Part shown: positions 50,467 through 59,065 of the stretch, one piece after another | Layout of the letters: each line of letters starts with the position of its first letter | How positions within the stretch are numbered: the first letter of the stretch is position 1 | DNA from: a virus | IMG/VR virus record: IMGVR_UViG_3300031578_000005 | Span: 1-64,000 of that record | Length of the DNA: 64,000 bases | Direction: 5' to 3' (one strand) | The notes under the pieces: model-generated | What the model saw: the letters and a program-made list of their open reading frames with translations, nothing else | Database searches by the model: none | Told to the model about the DNA's origin: nothing | Translations under genes and position numbers: made by a program

Positions 50467-50537
50467 TACCAAATGGTGTAATGGTAACACCCAATCCTCT
50501 GAAGGTTGTGTTCTTGGTTCGAATCCAAGTTTGGTTA
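50467..50537 (+). tRNA. tRNA-Gln(CTG)
   Basis: caatc-ctCTGaa-ggttg. Confidence 0.85.
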
Positions 50538-50628
50538 CTAAGATAGTTGAATCAATTATTATGAATGCATAAGAATTATTAATGGGCTTAGAACTTGGAA
50601 TTAAATATTAATTCATTATATTTGCAAA

Positions 50629-50856
50629 ATGGAAGCAGAAGAATTAATAAAAAAAATAAAGAAGTTTGTCGAAGAACTTGATAATAACTTCGAATCAATA
50701 CTTATTCCAACTAAGTATGATCCTAATGATATACAGTATGATGTTTCTTTTATTATGATGGAGAAAGTCGAAGATGATAGAAGTACGCCAAGATTCATTG
50801 TAAATGTAACTGATTTAAATAAAGATGATAATGTCAAAACTAAGAGTGGGAAATAA
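50629..50856 (+). CDS. Hypothetical protein
   Basis: ORF overlapping a TAnnTTTG motif upstream. Confidence 0.55.
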   Translation: MEAEELIKKIKKFVEELDNNFESILIPTKYDPNDIQYDVSFIMMEKVEDDRSTPRFIVNVTDLNKDDNVKTKSGK

Positions 50857-50969
50857 AGAAAACGCTAAAATAAATGGTGAATGGGGCGACCATGTAAGAA
50901 AATGGGGCAAATTTTTCACAGCTAAATTACGTAGAAATATTGATAAACAAATAATTAAAAAAGAGTACG

Positions 50970-51377
50970 ATGAATTATAATTTATTCTTAGATGATATAA
51001 GAGTTCCTAGAAATGTATACTCATATATACATAATCCCATATACGCTATGGATGAGTGGATAATTGTTCGAAACTATGATGATTTTGTAAAATACATTGA
51101 AAAAAATGGTATGCCCGAAAAAATTTCTTTTGATCATGATTTATCAGCAGAACATTATGACCCGGACTTATATGGTAGTGAAACATATGATGAAGTATAT
51201 GATCAATTTGAAGAAAAAACCGGATATGATTGTGCTAAATGGCTCATTAATTACTGTATTGAAAATAAATTAGATTTGCCCAATGAAATCCTAATTCACT
51301 CGATGAATATTACCGGTGGGTTGAACATCAAATCATTATTTGATACTTACAATAAATCATTAAAAGTAAATTCGTGA
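50970..51377 (+). CDS. Cyclic-phosphate-processing receiver-like domain protein
   Basis: LFLDDIR.P, ISFDHDL, KTGYDCAKWL, HSMN. Confidence 0.75.
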   Translation: MNYNLFLDDIRVPRNVYSYIHNPIYAMDEWIIVRNYDDFVKYIEKNGMPEKISFDHDLSAEHYDPDLYGSETYDEVYDQFEEKTGYDCAKWLINYCIENKLDLPNEILIHSMNITGGLNIKSLFDTYNKSLKVNS

Positions 51378-51499
51378 TTTGCAAATTGCAAATTATTATG
51401 TGTTGAGATTATAAGTACTAAAATTTATTACTAGAACATATTAATAATCAACAACATATAAATTAAACTAAAAATAATTTAAAAAAAGTTTGCAGATAT

Positions 51500-51530
51500 T
51501 GTAACATTTACTAACTTTGTTGCGTATTTA
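51500..51530 (+). promoter_or_regulatory. Putative promoter of tRNA operon 2 (TGTAAC-N17-CGTATTTA)
   Basis: Recurrent motif 46 nt upstream of leader 2. Confidence 0.7.
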
Positions 51531-51576
51531 GATAAAACGAATTAAGAATTTTTGAATAATTAAATAAATAATACAA

Positions 51577-51666
51577 ATGAAAAATTTACTCGACATATTG
51601 ATGGTAGTCTTAGCAGTTGACCTATTATGGGCAGATGCAGAGGATAAACTATGTTTAGTCGGGTAA
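51577..51666 (+). CDS. Leader peptide 2 MKNLLDILMVVLAVDLLWADAEDKLCLVG
   Basis: 18 of codons 4-23 are Leu/Val/Asp/Ala/Glu/Trp, matching the downstream tRNAs. Confidence 0.82.
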   Translation: MKNLLDILMVVLAVDLLWADAEDKLCLVG

Positions 51667-51693
51667 TGAAAAATTACACTCCTTTCTTAATTG

Positions 51694-51727
51694 AAAAACC
51701 CGACAACTAAAAATGGTCGGGTTTTTT
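51694..51727 (+). terminator. Attenuator terminator 2
   Basis: aaaaacccgac-loop-gtcgggtttttt. Confidence 0.85.
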
Positions 51728-51808
51728 GTTTTTATAGAAAGGATGTTCTTTGACATGTTGGAAATTTAAAAATAATTGGAGTGGGTTTGTAATCCACTCC
51801 TAAATAAC

Positions 51809-51878
51809 GACTGCGTAGTATAATGGCTAGTATTTCTCACTGTCTATGAGAGGGCGGGGTTCGAATCCCACGTAGTCG
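51809..51878 (+). tRNA. tRNA-Asp(GTC)
   Basis: tctca-ctGTCta-tgaga, G73. Confidence 0.85.
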
Positions 51879-51882
51879 GCAT

Positions 51883-51956
51883 GGTGCGTTTGGCAAGTTG
51901 GTTAAGCCGTAAGACCTTCAATTTTACATTCATGGGTTCGAGTCCCATACGCACTA
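51883..51956 (+). tRNA. tRNA-Glu(TTC)
   Basis: taaga-ccTTCaa-tttta (C33). Confidence 0.8.
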
Positions 51957-51962
51957 CGATAT

Positions 51963-52034
51963 GTTCGGTTCGAATAATGGTCAGTTCACAAAATTTTCAA
52001 TTTTGTTATAGCGGTTCAAATCCGCTACCGAGTA
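51963..52034 (+). tRNA. tRNA-Glu(TTC)
   Basis: caaaa-ttTTCaa-ttttg. Confidence 0.85.
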
Positions 52035-52173
52035 CATTTAAAAACATACGGTTTAGGACCGTTATGGTTTCGACCATAGAAGAGTGACGATGTTCGCTAC
52101 TACGTCACTCTTTAATTTAAAAATCTTGACAATACCGCTATTATTTAATACATTTGCAATAAATCTTGAAATC

Positions 52174-52665
52174 ATGGCATTGGATGTTAATAGTGAAAAG
52201 GGTAAAGAAAGCGTTCGTCAAGAAGCTGAAATGTTAAAAGGTGTTGAAAAATGCTGGAATTATAATGTCGTTGTGACAAATAAAAATAAAGAGGCAATTT
52301 GTGATGGTTTTTTAGTAAAAAAAAGAGAAGTTGTTGCAATATTTGAAAGTAAATGTAGGGACCTATCATATAATGAATTGGAAAATTATGGTTCATGGCT
52401 TATTACATATGATAAAATAAAAACCTGTAAATATTTATCTGAATTATTGAAAGTACCATTTATTGGTTTCTTGTATCTAATCAAAGACAATATCACACTT
52501 TTTTGGAAAATCACTGATTCAGATGGAAAGTACTTATTTGAATTTAATCATAATAAAACATTAACGCAAGAAACAATTAATGGTGGCAAAATATACAGAG
52601 ATAATGCATATTTGCCATTTTCAGAAGCTAAATTTGTTCACAAAGAAGAAATTATGTTTCCATAA
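52174..52665 (+). CDS. PD-(D/E)XK-family nuclease-like protein
   Basis: CDGFL...FESKCR. Confidence 0.6.
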   Translation: MALDVNSEKGKESVRQEAEMLKGVEKCWNYNVVVTNKNKEAICDGFLVKKREVVAIFESKCRDLSYNELENYGSWLITYDKIKTCKYLSELLKVPFIGFLYLIKDNITLFWKITDSDGKYLFEFNHNKTLTQETINGGKIYRDNAYLPFSEAKFVHKEEIMFP

Positions 52666-52715
52666 TGAATGATATTACAAACACAATTAATTAATTTGTT
52701 TATAATATAGTACAT

Positions 52716-52786
52716 GGGGAATTGGCGTAAAGGTAGCGTATTTGGCTTACATCCAATTGGCAATAGTTCGATTCTATTATTCCCTA
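52716..52786 (+). tRNA. tRNA-Val(TAC)
   Basis: ggggaat/attccct; ttgg-ctTACat-ccaa. Confidence 0.82.
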
Positions 52787-52939
52787 CTTCGTCTGGAAAA
52801 TCCAGAAATAAATTAGCAGTTATCGGCTTATTCATCGATAAACATTCGTTATCGGTTATTAAGACGATAAAGCTATCTGGAAAATTCAGATAATTTCACA
52901 AAATCATTGTTTTATTTAAAATAAACTCAGTATATTTAT

Positions 52940-53089
52940 AACTTGTCAGTATAAGACATTAAAACCTCGTTAGGGACTAACGAGTACACGAGTGGAGTAA
53001 AAGTAAGACTTCTAGCTTTTCGGAGCAGTAAGCAAATTGCCGTGAAACTCGAAGCTCAATCCATCACGAAGTGTGGATGGGTAGTTCAC
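52940..53089 (+). mobile_element. Second non-autonomous IS200/IS605-type remnant (omegaRNA/right end only)
   Basis: Ends gaagctcaatcc...ggatgggtagTTCAC; TTTAT immediately 5'. Confidence 0.65.
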
Positions 53090-53173
53090 ATAGGTATCGT
53101 CTAAAGGTAAGACGCTTCCCGTCCGAGGGAAGAGATGGGAACTGCAGATAAGGTTCAATTCCTCCTGCCTATG
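53090..53173 (+). tRNA. Atypical tRNA-like gene (8-nt anticodon loop, identity undetermined)
   Basis: ataggta/tgcctat acceptor, gtct/agac D-stem, cttcc-cgtccgag-ggaag, ggttcaattcc. Confidence 0.55.
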
Positions 53174-53178
53174 CAAAT

Positions 53179-53262
53179 GCTCTTATGGTGCAACTGGAGT
53201 GAGACACAGCAGTCTTAGAAACTGTTTCTTAAATGGTGTGGGTTCGAGTCCCACTAAGAGCA
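53179..53262 (+). tRNA. tRNA-Leu(TAG)
   Basis: gcagt-ctTAGaa-actgt. Confidence 0.85.
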
Positions 53263-53939
53263 CAATTTACTTCTAACTTATTATTGATTACATTAATAAC
53301 AATATTTAAATATTTTATTGAGGTTTGTTCTTTGAAATACTTTTGTTGGGAGACATCGATTATACATAATTCAATTCCTTGTTCTAAACAGGCTTGAAAC
53401 TTACGTTGGTCATTATTTTGGATTTGACCTAATTTATCTTCACCAAATATTGGTTCGTAATGGAAAATACCATTAAGTTCAAATGCTAATTTAAGTGAGG
53501 GAATGTAAATATCTAATTCTGAATTGATGGTTGTTTTATTATTGAATAATATTTCTAAATTTCGGTATTGTTTGGTTAATTCAGTTTCAAGATATTGCTC
53601 AAGTTTCGACCTACGATTACCATTTGTTTTGTGTTTATTATTATATGTGGCAGCACATGAACGTGAACAAAAGTGATTGGTAGATTTTTTTTTATCTGAT
53701 AATTGAATCGTAATATTGTTGCCACAATTAGTACATTGAATTATTTCTTTTTTACCTTGTGACGATTGATAACAATTTAATGAACAATATTTACCACTAA
53801 ATTTAGCACTTTTACATGGGATTTGTTTTATTTTACGTTTTGTTAAATAAAAAATATTTGCACAGCCATAACATTTGCATGGTAATTTATCTAATGATTT
53901 TGATGTTAAAAACTCTTGTTCTGTATATAATTTAATCAT
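53229..53939 (-). CDS. Zinc-finger PD-(D/E)XK putative homing endonuclease
   Basis: Several CxxC/FCS.SC motifs, ELDIYIP..KLAFELNG..HY; antisense within the tRNA cluster. Confidence 0.75.
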   Translation of the reverse strand: MIKLYTEQEFLTSKSLDKLPCKCYGCANIFYLTKRKIKQIPCKSAKFSGKYCSLNCYQSSQGKKEIIQCTNCGNNITIQLSDKKKSTNHFCSRSCAATYNNKHKTNGNRRSKLEQYLETELTKQYRNLEILFNNKTTINSELDIYIPSLKLAFELNGIFHYEPIFGEDKLGQIQNNDQRKFQACLEQGIELCIIDVSQQKYFKEQTSIKYLNIVINVINNKLEVNCALSGTRTHTI

Positions 53940-54088
53940 ATAATGATGTTTATAATAAATACTTATAATATTCATTTTCTGTACGTATCATCAGTACAAA
54001 ATTTATCGAAATAAAAAACTGCTTATTCTGGGGGATGATAGTAAGTTCCAGACACTAAGGTAGGGGTGATAGTCTACATAGGCGTAAT

Positions 54089-54162
54089 GGGGTCGTAGCT
54101 CAATTGGCGAGAGCACCGCACTTGCAATGCGGAGGTTAGGGAATCGTGCTCCCTCGACTCCA
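54089..54162 (+). tRNA. tRNA-Ala(TGC)
   Basis: G3:U70, ccgca-ctTGCaa-tgcgg; atypical T-loop. Confidence 0.9.
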
Positions 54163-54216
54163 CAAATGACTGTAAATCAACAATTTACAGTCATTATTTA
54201 AAGTAATCATTTACAT

Positions 54217-54303
54217 GGCTCAGTGGTGGAAATGGCAAGACACGCAGGACTTAAAATCCTGTCCACCGAAAGGTGGGTGTGGGTTCGACTCCCATCTGAG
54301 CTA
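54217..54303 (+). tRNA. tRNA-Leu(TAA)
   Basis: cagga-ctTAAaa-tcctg, long variable arm. Confidence 0.92.
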
Positions 54304-54392
54304 CAATTACCGGATATTGCCAGATAAAATTTTAGTTTATTGATTATCAAATATTTAATAAATTATATTTTACCAGATATTGCCGGATACAT

Positions 54393-54466
54393 GGCTCTAT
54401 AACCCAAATGGTAGAGGTGGTGTCTTCAAACGGCATTTGTTTTCAGTTCGAATCTGAATAGAGCTA
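54393..54466 (+). tRNA. tRNA-Leu(CAA) lacking the long variable arm
   Basis: ggctcta/tagagct; gtgtc-ttCAAac-ggcat. Confidence 0.75.
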
Positions 54467-54494
54467 CAACAGTATTTATAATAAAACTAAGGTT

Positions 54495-54980
54495 ATGAAT
54501 TATAAATTATTTTCTTACTTAATGATGATACTGGTGTTTGTATCATATGTTGTATTCATCTGGTCAAGATATGGCATACAAAAATCAATATCTGCCAGTT
54601 ATTATGTATTGCCTGAAAAAATCAATGTGTTATTCACATTATTTTGTTGGGGATTTGCATTTCCTGCGATAATTGTTGCACAAACGCCATTAATGTTTTT
54701 GGCAGGTTCTGCAATTGTTTTTGTTGGTGCTGCCGCAAGATTTAAAGAAAAACTAACAAAATCTGTTCATATGATAAGTGCTACAATTGGTGTTATTTTA
54801 AGTCAGGCATCAATATTTTTTGATTATCACCTGTGGCATCTTAATGCAATATTTGTATTATCGTCATTAATTATATTAGGTGTGCTATATTTTAAACACA
54901 TCGATAAATATATATGGTGGATTGAAATTTTTGCATTTTCAACAATATGTATTGCATTAGGTATTAATTCAATATTTTAA
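54495..54980 (+). CDS. Multi-pass membrane protein
   Basis: Five to six hydrophobic segments; SISASYY motif. Confidence 0.75.
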   Translation: MNYKLFSYLMMILVFVSYVVFIWSRYGIQKSISASYYVLPEKINVLFTLFCWGFAFPAIIVAQTPLMFLAGSAIVFVGAAARFKEKLTKSVHMISATIGVILSQASIFFDYHLWHLNAIFVLSSLIILGVLYFKHIDKYIWWIEIFAFSTICIALGINSIF

Positions 54981-54985
54981 AATAC

Positions 54986-55056
54986 ACGTCTTTGTTGTAA
55001 TGGTAGCATAAATCTCTCCAAAAGATTTAGTACTTGTTCGAATCGAGTAAGACGTG
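54986..55056 (+). tRNA. tRNA-Trp(CCA)
   Basis: aatct-ctCCAaa-agatt, G73. Confidence 0.85.
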
Positions 55057-55118
55057 CAAAATAAAGTTTATTGAAACAATTACTTTTGCTGTTCGAGATT
55101 GTTTTTATGTTAAAATAA

Positions 55119-55475
55119 ATGATTATGAATAGCAAAACAGATAATTTTTCAGATATTGAAATAATTAAAATACTTTCAGAGTGTAAATCATTTAGAGAGG
55201 TTTTAATTAAAATCGGTTATAGTAGTAATGGAAGCGGTGGTTATAGTCTACTCAAACAACAATTAAAAAAACGTGGCATTCAAATACCTAAATATCATTA
55301 TTATGGTGATGGAAAAAAACGTAGCTTATATACATTAGATGAAATTTTAGTTGAGAATTCAACATATACTGCAAGAGGTCGATTAAAAAAACGTTTGGTT
55401 AAAGAAGGTATGTTAGAATATAAATGTGTTTCTGATAACACAATACGTAAATGGCTTAAATTATATGAAAAATAA
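55119..55475 (+). pseudogene. Internally deleted HNH-endonuclease-like gene
   Basis: L.EILVENS.Y....LK.RL..EG..EYKC joined directly to VSDNTIRKW; HNH core missing. Confidence 0.6.
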
Positions 55476-55489
55476 ATGTGCTAATACAT

Positions 55490-55560
55490 GCGTCTATCGT
55501 TCAACGGTAAGACAACTGCTTCCAAACCAGTTAATGAGGGTTCGATTCGTTCCCGGTGTG
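55490..55560 (+). tRNA. Degenerate tRNA-Trp(CCA), probable pseudogene
   Basis: ttCCAaa loop; mismatched acceptor and T stems. Confidence 0.5.
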
Positions 55561-55689
55561 CTAAATCGAATTTAAATTTTAGTGGAATAATTTCAGCTTT
55601 GATTTTCATTTGTAACAAAACCAATTTTTTTTCGTATATATTACCAATAATATTTGTTAATTAACACAAAATGATTTAAATTTGCTATT

Positions 55690-56406
55690 ATGTATATAAT
55701 CTCAAAAAAGAAAGATTTTTATGATGGTGTTGTCTCGACAATGGGTATTGATAAGTCTATTGTTTTTAATCGAGATGATGTTGAAATTGGAGAAAATGAA
55801 TATCCAAAATTATTTAGCCACTCCAAAGGTTATTGGAATTCATTAATGAATGATACCATTAATAATTTACATCACCACAATATAAAAAAAGAGCATAAAG
55901 GCGATTATCAAGCATATAACTATTTTGTTATTGGATTTTGTGGAAAACTTTATTTGGGTATGAAGTTATATACAAAAAGTCAGAACATCTTTGATGGTTT
56001 AACAACAAAAATAATTTATGATATTGACTTAATTACTGAAATTATTGAAAACACCGGCTATCGAAGCAATTTAATTGATGAAATTAATTATGTTCGTAAT
56101 TATAATGCATTAGACATTTTTAGAAAATTTAATACACCTGTATTTGTATATGATAATGACTATAACCGAATCTCGATCAATGATAGAAATGAGCATAAGT
56201 TCATTATTAACGCCAATATATACGAATATGAATTTTATAAAATCTTTGATAGTTTTCATGCATTCCAAGAAATTCAAATGTTTATTAGCGGTGTATTGGG
56301 TAGTGGTGAAAAGGAAATAATCAAAATTACAGATAAAGATAAAATCGCTCAACATGGCTTTGACTATAAATATAGTTTTAGAAAAGATAAAGAAAATAAA
56401 AAATAA
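55690..56406 (+). CDS. Hypothetical protein
   Basis: KDFYD...IGFCGK.Y...FQEIQMFI..VL...KI..HGFD...SFR. Confidence 0.75.
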   Translation: MYIISKKKDFYDGVVSTMGIDKSIVFNRDDVEIGENEYPKLFSHSKGYWNSLMNDTINNLHHHNIKKEHKGDYQAYNYFVIGFCGKLYLGMKLYTKSQNIFDGLTTKIIYDIDLITEIIENTGYRSNLIDEINYVRNYNALDIFRKFNTPVFVYDNDYNRISINDRNEHKFIINANIYEYEFYKIFDSFHAFQEIQMFISGVLGSGEKEIIKITDKDKIAQHGFDYKYSFRKDKENKK

Positions 56407-56413
56407 GTTCTTT

Positions 56414-56776
56414 GGGGGTGACCGGATTTGACAGCATGTTAGACTGGTAATGTAAGCAGGTAGTAGTTGAATCAGGCTACTTTAAAAAGGTTCAAAGTTA
56501 TAAACGCAAACAATTCCGAGGACATTATGTCCATTCCGACTTCACACTTAATTGTGGGAAGAAGTGCATTTGCAGAGAAAACTGAACTCGCATTTGCTGC
56601 ATAGGAAATAACTAATACAGTTAAGAACTCCTGAGTTGAAAGGATAAATTTAATACAGTTTCATGTTTGAACTGGTAGAATCAATCAATACTTTGTCGGT
56701 TTAGAGAAATCGAATAAACCTGTAGAAAACGTATTAATCACATGTGTGGACGTGGGTTCGAATCCCACTACCTCCA
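56414..56776 (+). ncRNA. ssrA: tmRNA
   Basis: GGGGGTGAccGGaTTtGAC 5' end; GACGTGGGTTCGAATCCCACTACCTCCA 3' end; tag ORF 56506-56604 ending AFAA*. Confidence 0.93.
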
Positions 56777-56796
56777 CTTAAGTAATTATAAATAAG

Positions 56797-57231
56797 ATGA
56801 TTATGAGTACAGCAAGAAGTAGATTTATTGAAGCGATTGATGTTTGGATTAAGTCTGACGACGGAGAAGCCTACCTTAAAGACGAACGAATTCGACATGA
56901 AATTCAAATTGGAAGATATAAACGTTTTGATGACTGGTTGAAATGCAATGACTTTGATCTGCTAATATATCGACTAATTTTAAAGCATGACATAAGCTAT
57001 CGTGAAAAATATTATCATAATGGATTCGAACCCGGACCAAATAATTTATTACAATTCATTTTTGACTATATCGACAATAAATTCGAACCAATTGCCGTAG
57101 CTGAACTTGATTGCGAATTTTCAAATAATATCTGGTTATTTAAAGGATATTATTTTCAATGTATTTATGGTCAAGGAGCAATATTTAAAATATATAATAA
57201 AGCAGATATGCGAGAAATAATATCAATATAG
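56797..57231 (+). CDS. Hypothetical protein
   Basis: ORF. Confidence 0.65.
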   Translation: MIMSTARSRFIEAIDVWIKSDDGEAYLKDERIRHEIQIGRYKRFDDWLKCNDFDLLIYRLILKHDISYREKYYHNGFEPGPNNLLQFIFDYIDNKFEPIAVAELDCEFSNNIWLFKGYYFQCIYGQGAIFKIYNKADMREIISI

Positions 57232-57383
57232 ATGAAAAAAATCAAGCAACAAAAAAACGATGACTGTAATTGTGGTAAGTCAGTTAAAATAACAGAAAGA
57301 AAAAAATTAATATATAAGAACAATAAGAAATGAAAGAAAATTTTAAAGTCTTGTAATGCAACTCAAATGTTGCTACAAGAATA

Positions 57384-57713
57384 ATGAAAGTAAAAAAAAT
57401 TGTAGATTCAACAACAAATCGTTATGTATTCAATCGTGCGTATAAAGAATATTTAGAACGCAAAGGTAAAATTCGTTGCTCTTATTGCCAATTTCATAAA
57501 AATGAAAATGATAATAGAAAATGGTATGGTGGAATAAAACATAATGAATTTTATGATGATATGTTGACATGTTATGGTGGTGTTAAAGAAACTCATACTA
57601 GATATCCTAATTGGAAATTAATTTCTAAAAATAAGAAACAGTGGATGAATAAAGGAATTAAAATCACTGAAAAATATGATTTAAAACGTATTTATATTGA
57701 AATAAAATTTTGA
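57384..57713 (+). CDS. Hypothetical protein
   Basis: CSYC..H..EN motif. Confidence 0.65.
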   Translation: MKVKKIVDSTTNRYVFNRAYKEYLERKGKIRCSYCQFHKNENDNRKWYGGIKHNEFYDDMLTCYGGVKETHTRYPNWKLISKNKKQWMNKGIKITEKYDLKRIYIEIKF

Positions 57714-57724
57714 GGTAATCACAT

Positions 57725-57798
57725 GGCGACATCGTTCAATGATAGGACAGCTCTCTCATAAGGAGTTGATACGAGTTCAATTCTCGTTATCCCAACCA
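57725..57798 (+). tRNA. tRNA(CAT), Met or Ile2, weak acceptor stem
   Basis: gctct-ctCATaa-ggagt, encoded CCA, three acceptor mismatches. Confidence 0.6.
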
Positions 57799-57845
57799 TT
57801 GGTCATTTTTGTACTAAGATAGTATTTATATTTAAAAGTACATTT

Positions 57846-58499
57846 ATGGCAAGAAAGGAAAAAACATATCATTTTATTTACAAAACGACCAATCTATTGA
57901 ATGACAAATATTATTATGGAATGCATTCCACTTATGATTTGAATGATGGATATTTAGGTAGTGGTAAAAGGTTGAGATATTCAATAAATAAACACGGAAA
58001 AGAAAATCATGTTAGAGAAATTATTGAATTTTTACCAAATTATAATGAATTGATTAAAAGAGAAGAAGAAATTGTAAATTTAAATGAAATTGCAAAAGAA
58101 AATTGTTTAAATTTAAGAGTTGGAGGTTCTGGTGGTTTGAATGGATTATCTAAGGAATCGTTAATGAAGATTAGAATTGCATCGTCTAATTATATGAAAA
58201 GTTTGTGGAAAAATGGTGGTGAAGAATATCGAAATAAATTCAGTAAAATTAACACAATAAATCTAACAAATGCACATAAAAACAATAAAATAAAATATGA
58301 TAATTTTAAAAACAGAAAACATCGAAATGAAACGATTGAATTAATGAAAAAAAAGAAAATTGGTTTTGGACGTGGAAGCGATAATTCTCAATATAATACC
58401 TGTTGGGTTACAAGAAACGGAATAAATAAAAAAATAAAAAAAGAGAAACTGTCCGAATTCATTAAATTGGGATGGATTAATGGAAGAAAATTTAAATAA
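57846..58499 (+). CDS. GIY-YIG (Seg-like) homing endonuclease
   Basis: FIYKTTN...YYGMH...YLGSG. Confidence 0.85.
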   Translation: MARKEKTYHFIYKTTNLLNDKYYYGMHSTYDLNDGYLGSGKRLRYSINKHGKENHVREIIEFLPNYNELIKREEEIVNLNEIAKENCLNLRVGGSGGLNGLSKESLMKIRIASSNYMKSLWKNGGEEYRNKFSKINTINLTNAHKNNKIKYDNFKNRKHRNETIELMKKKKIGFGRGSDNSQYNTCWVTRNGINKKIKKEKLSEFIKLGWINGRKFK

Positions 58500-58522
58500 T
58501 CCTAAGTTGGCTCTGGTTTAAT

Positions 58523-58960
58523 TTAAAATTTAACAATACAATTTTTATTTTTAAAATCAAAACTTAGACCATTAATATATAATGAACTGCCCTTTTGAAG
58601 ATTTGCGTCATTATCGATAATAAATTTCCATTCGAAGTCATTGATATTTTTTGGTGTTTCTTGTTTTTGTTCATCATTTTGTTTATCAAATAATTTTAAT
58701 AAAAACGTGCCTTCGACGCTTTCAACATCAACAATAAAATTTTCAACCCCCATGTCATTTAACCAGAAAGAAATTCCCCAATTAACAACAATATCACTTT
58801 CAGTAACTTCACTATCAAATTCATTTGTGAATGCACTGTAATTGTAAAAAGATGAATTAGTTAGCCTTTCTTTAAAATGAAATCTATCATCATTCATTAT
58901 ATATGATTCATTGAGAAATTTCTGTATTTCCTCAAAAATTATAGTTTCACTTAACTTCAT
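58523..58960 (-). CDS. Hypothetical protein with IIFEEIQKFLNE leader
   Basis: ORF, late motif upstream. Confidence 0.7.
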   Translation of the reverse strand: MKLSETIIFEEIQKFLNESYIMNDDRFHFKERLTNSSFYNYSAFTNEFDSEVTESDIVVNWGISFWLNDMGVENFIVDVESVEGTFLLKLFDKQNDEQKQETPKNINDFEWKFIIDNDANLQKGSSLYINGLSFDFKNKNCIVKF

Positions 58961-59065
58961 AACAAATATATTTTAAATATAAATACTATTAATTCAATTA
59001 AAATTAATATATTTGTTTTCTGTAACAAATATAAAAACTTTACGTATATAATTTAAACATTAAAA

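Noticed and set aside
53088-53175. Allo-tRNA with a 9-bp acceptor stem
   Set aside because: A standard 7-bp acceptor with G73 followed by CA explains the pairing, as in the neighbouring Trp tRNA.
52790-54390. Short duplicated motifs in tRNA spacers (tctggaaaat.caga x2; tacc.gatattgcc.gata x2)
   Set aside because: Only two copies each and no consistent context; not enough to assign a function.
54393-54466. Opal suppressor or Sec tRNA (TCA anticodon)
   Set aside because: Stem pairing gtgtc/ggcat centres the loop on CAA; the TCA register does not pair.
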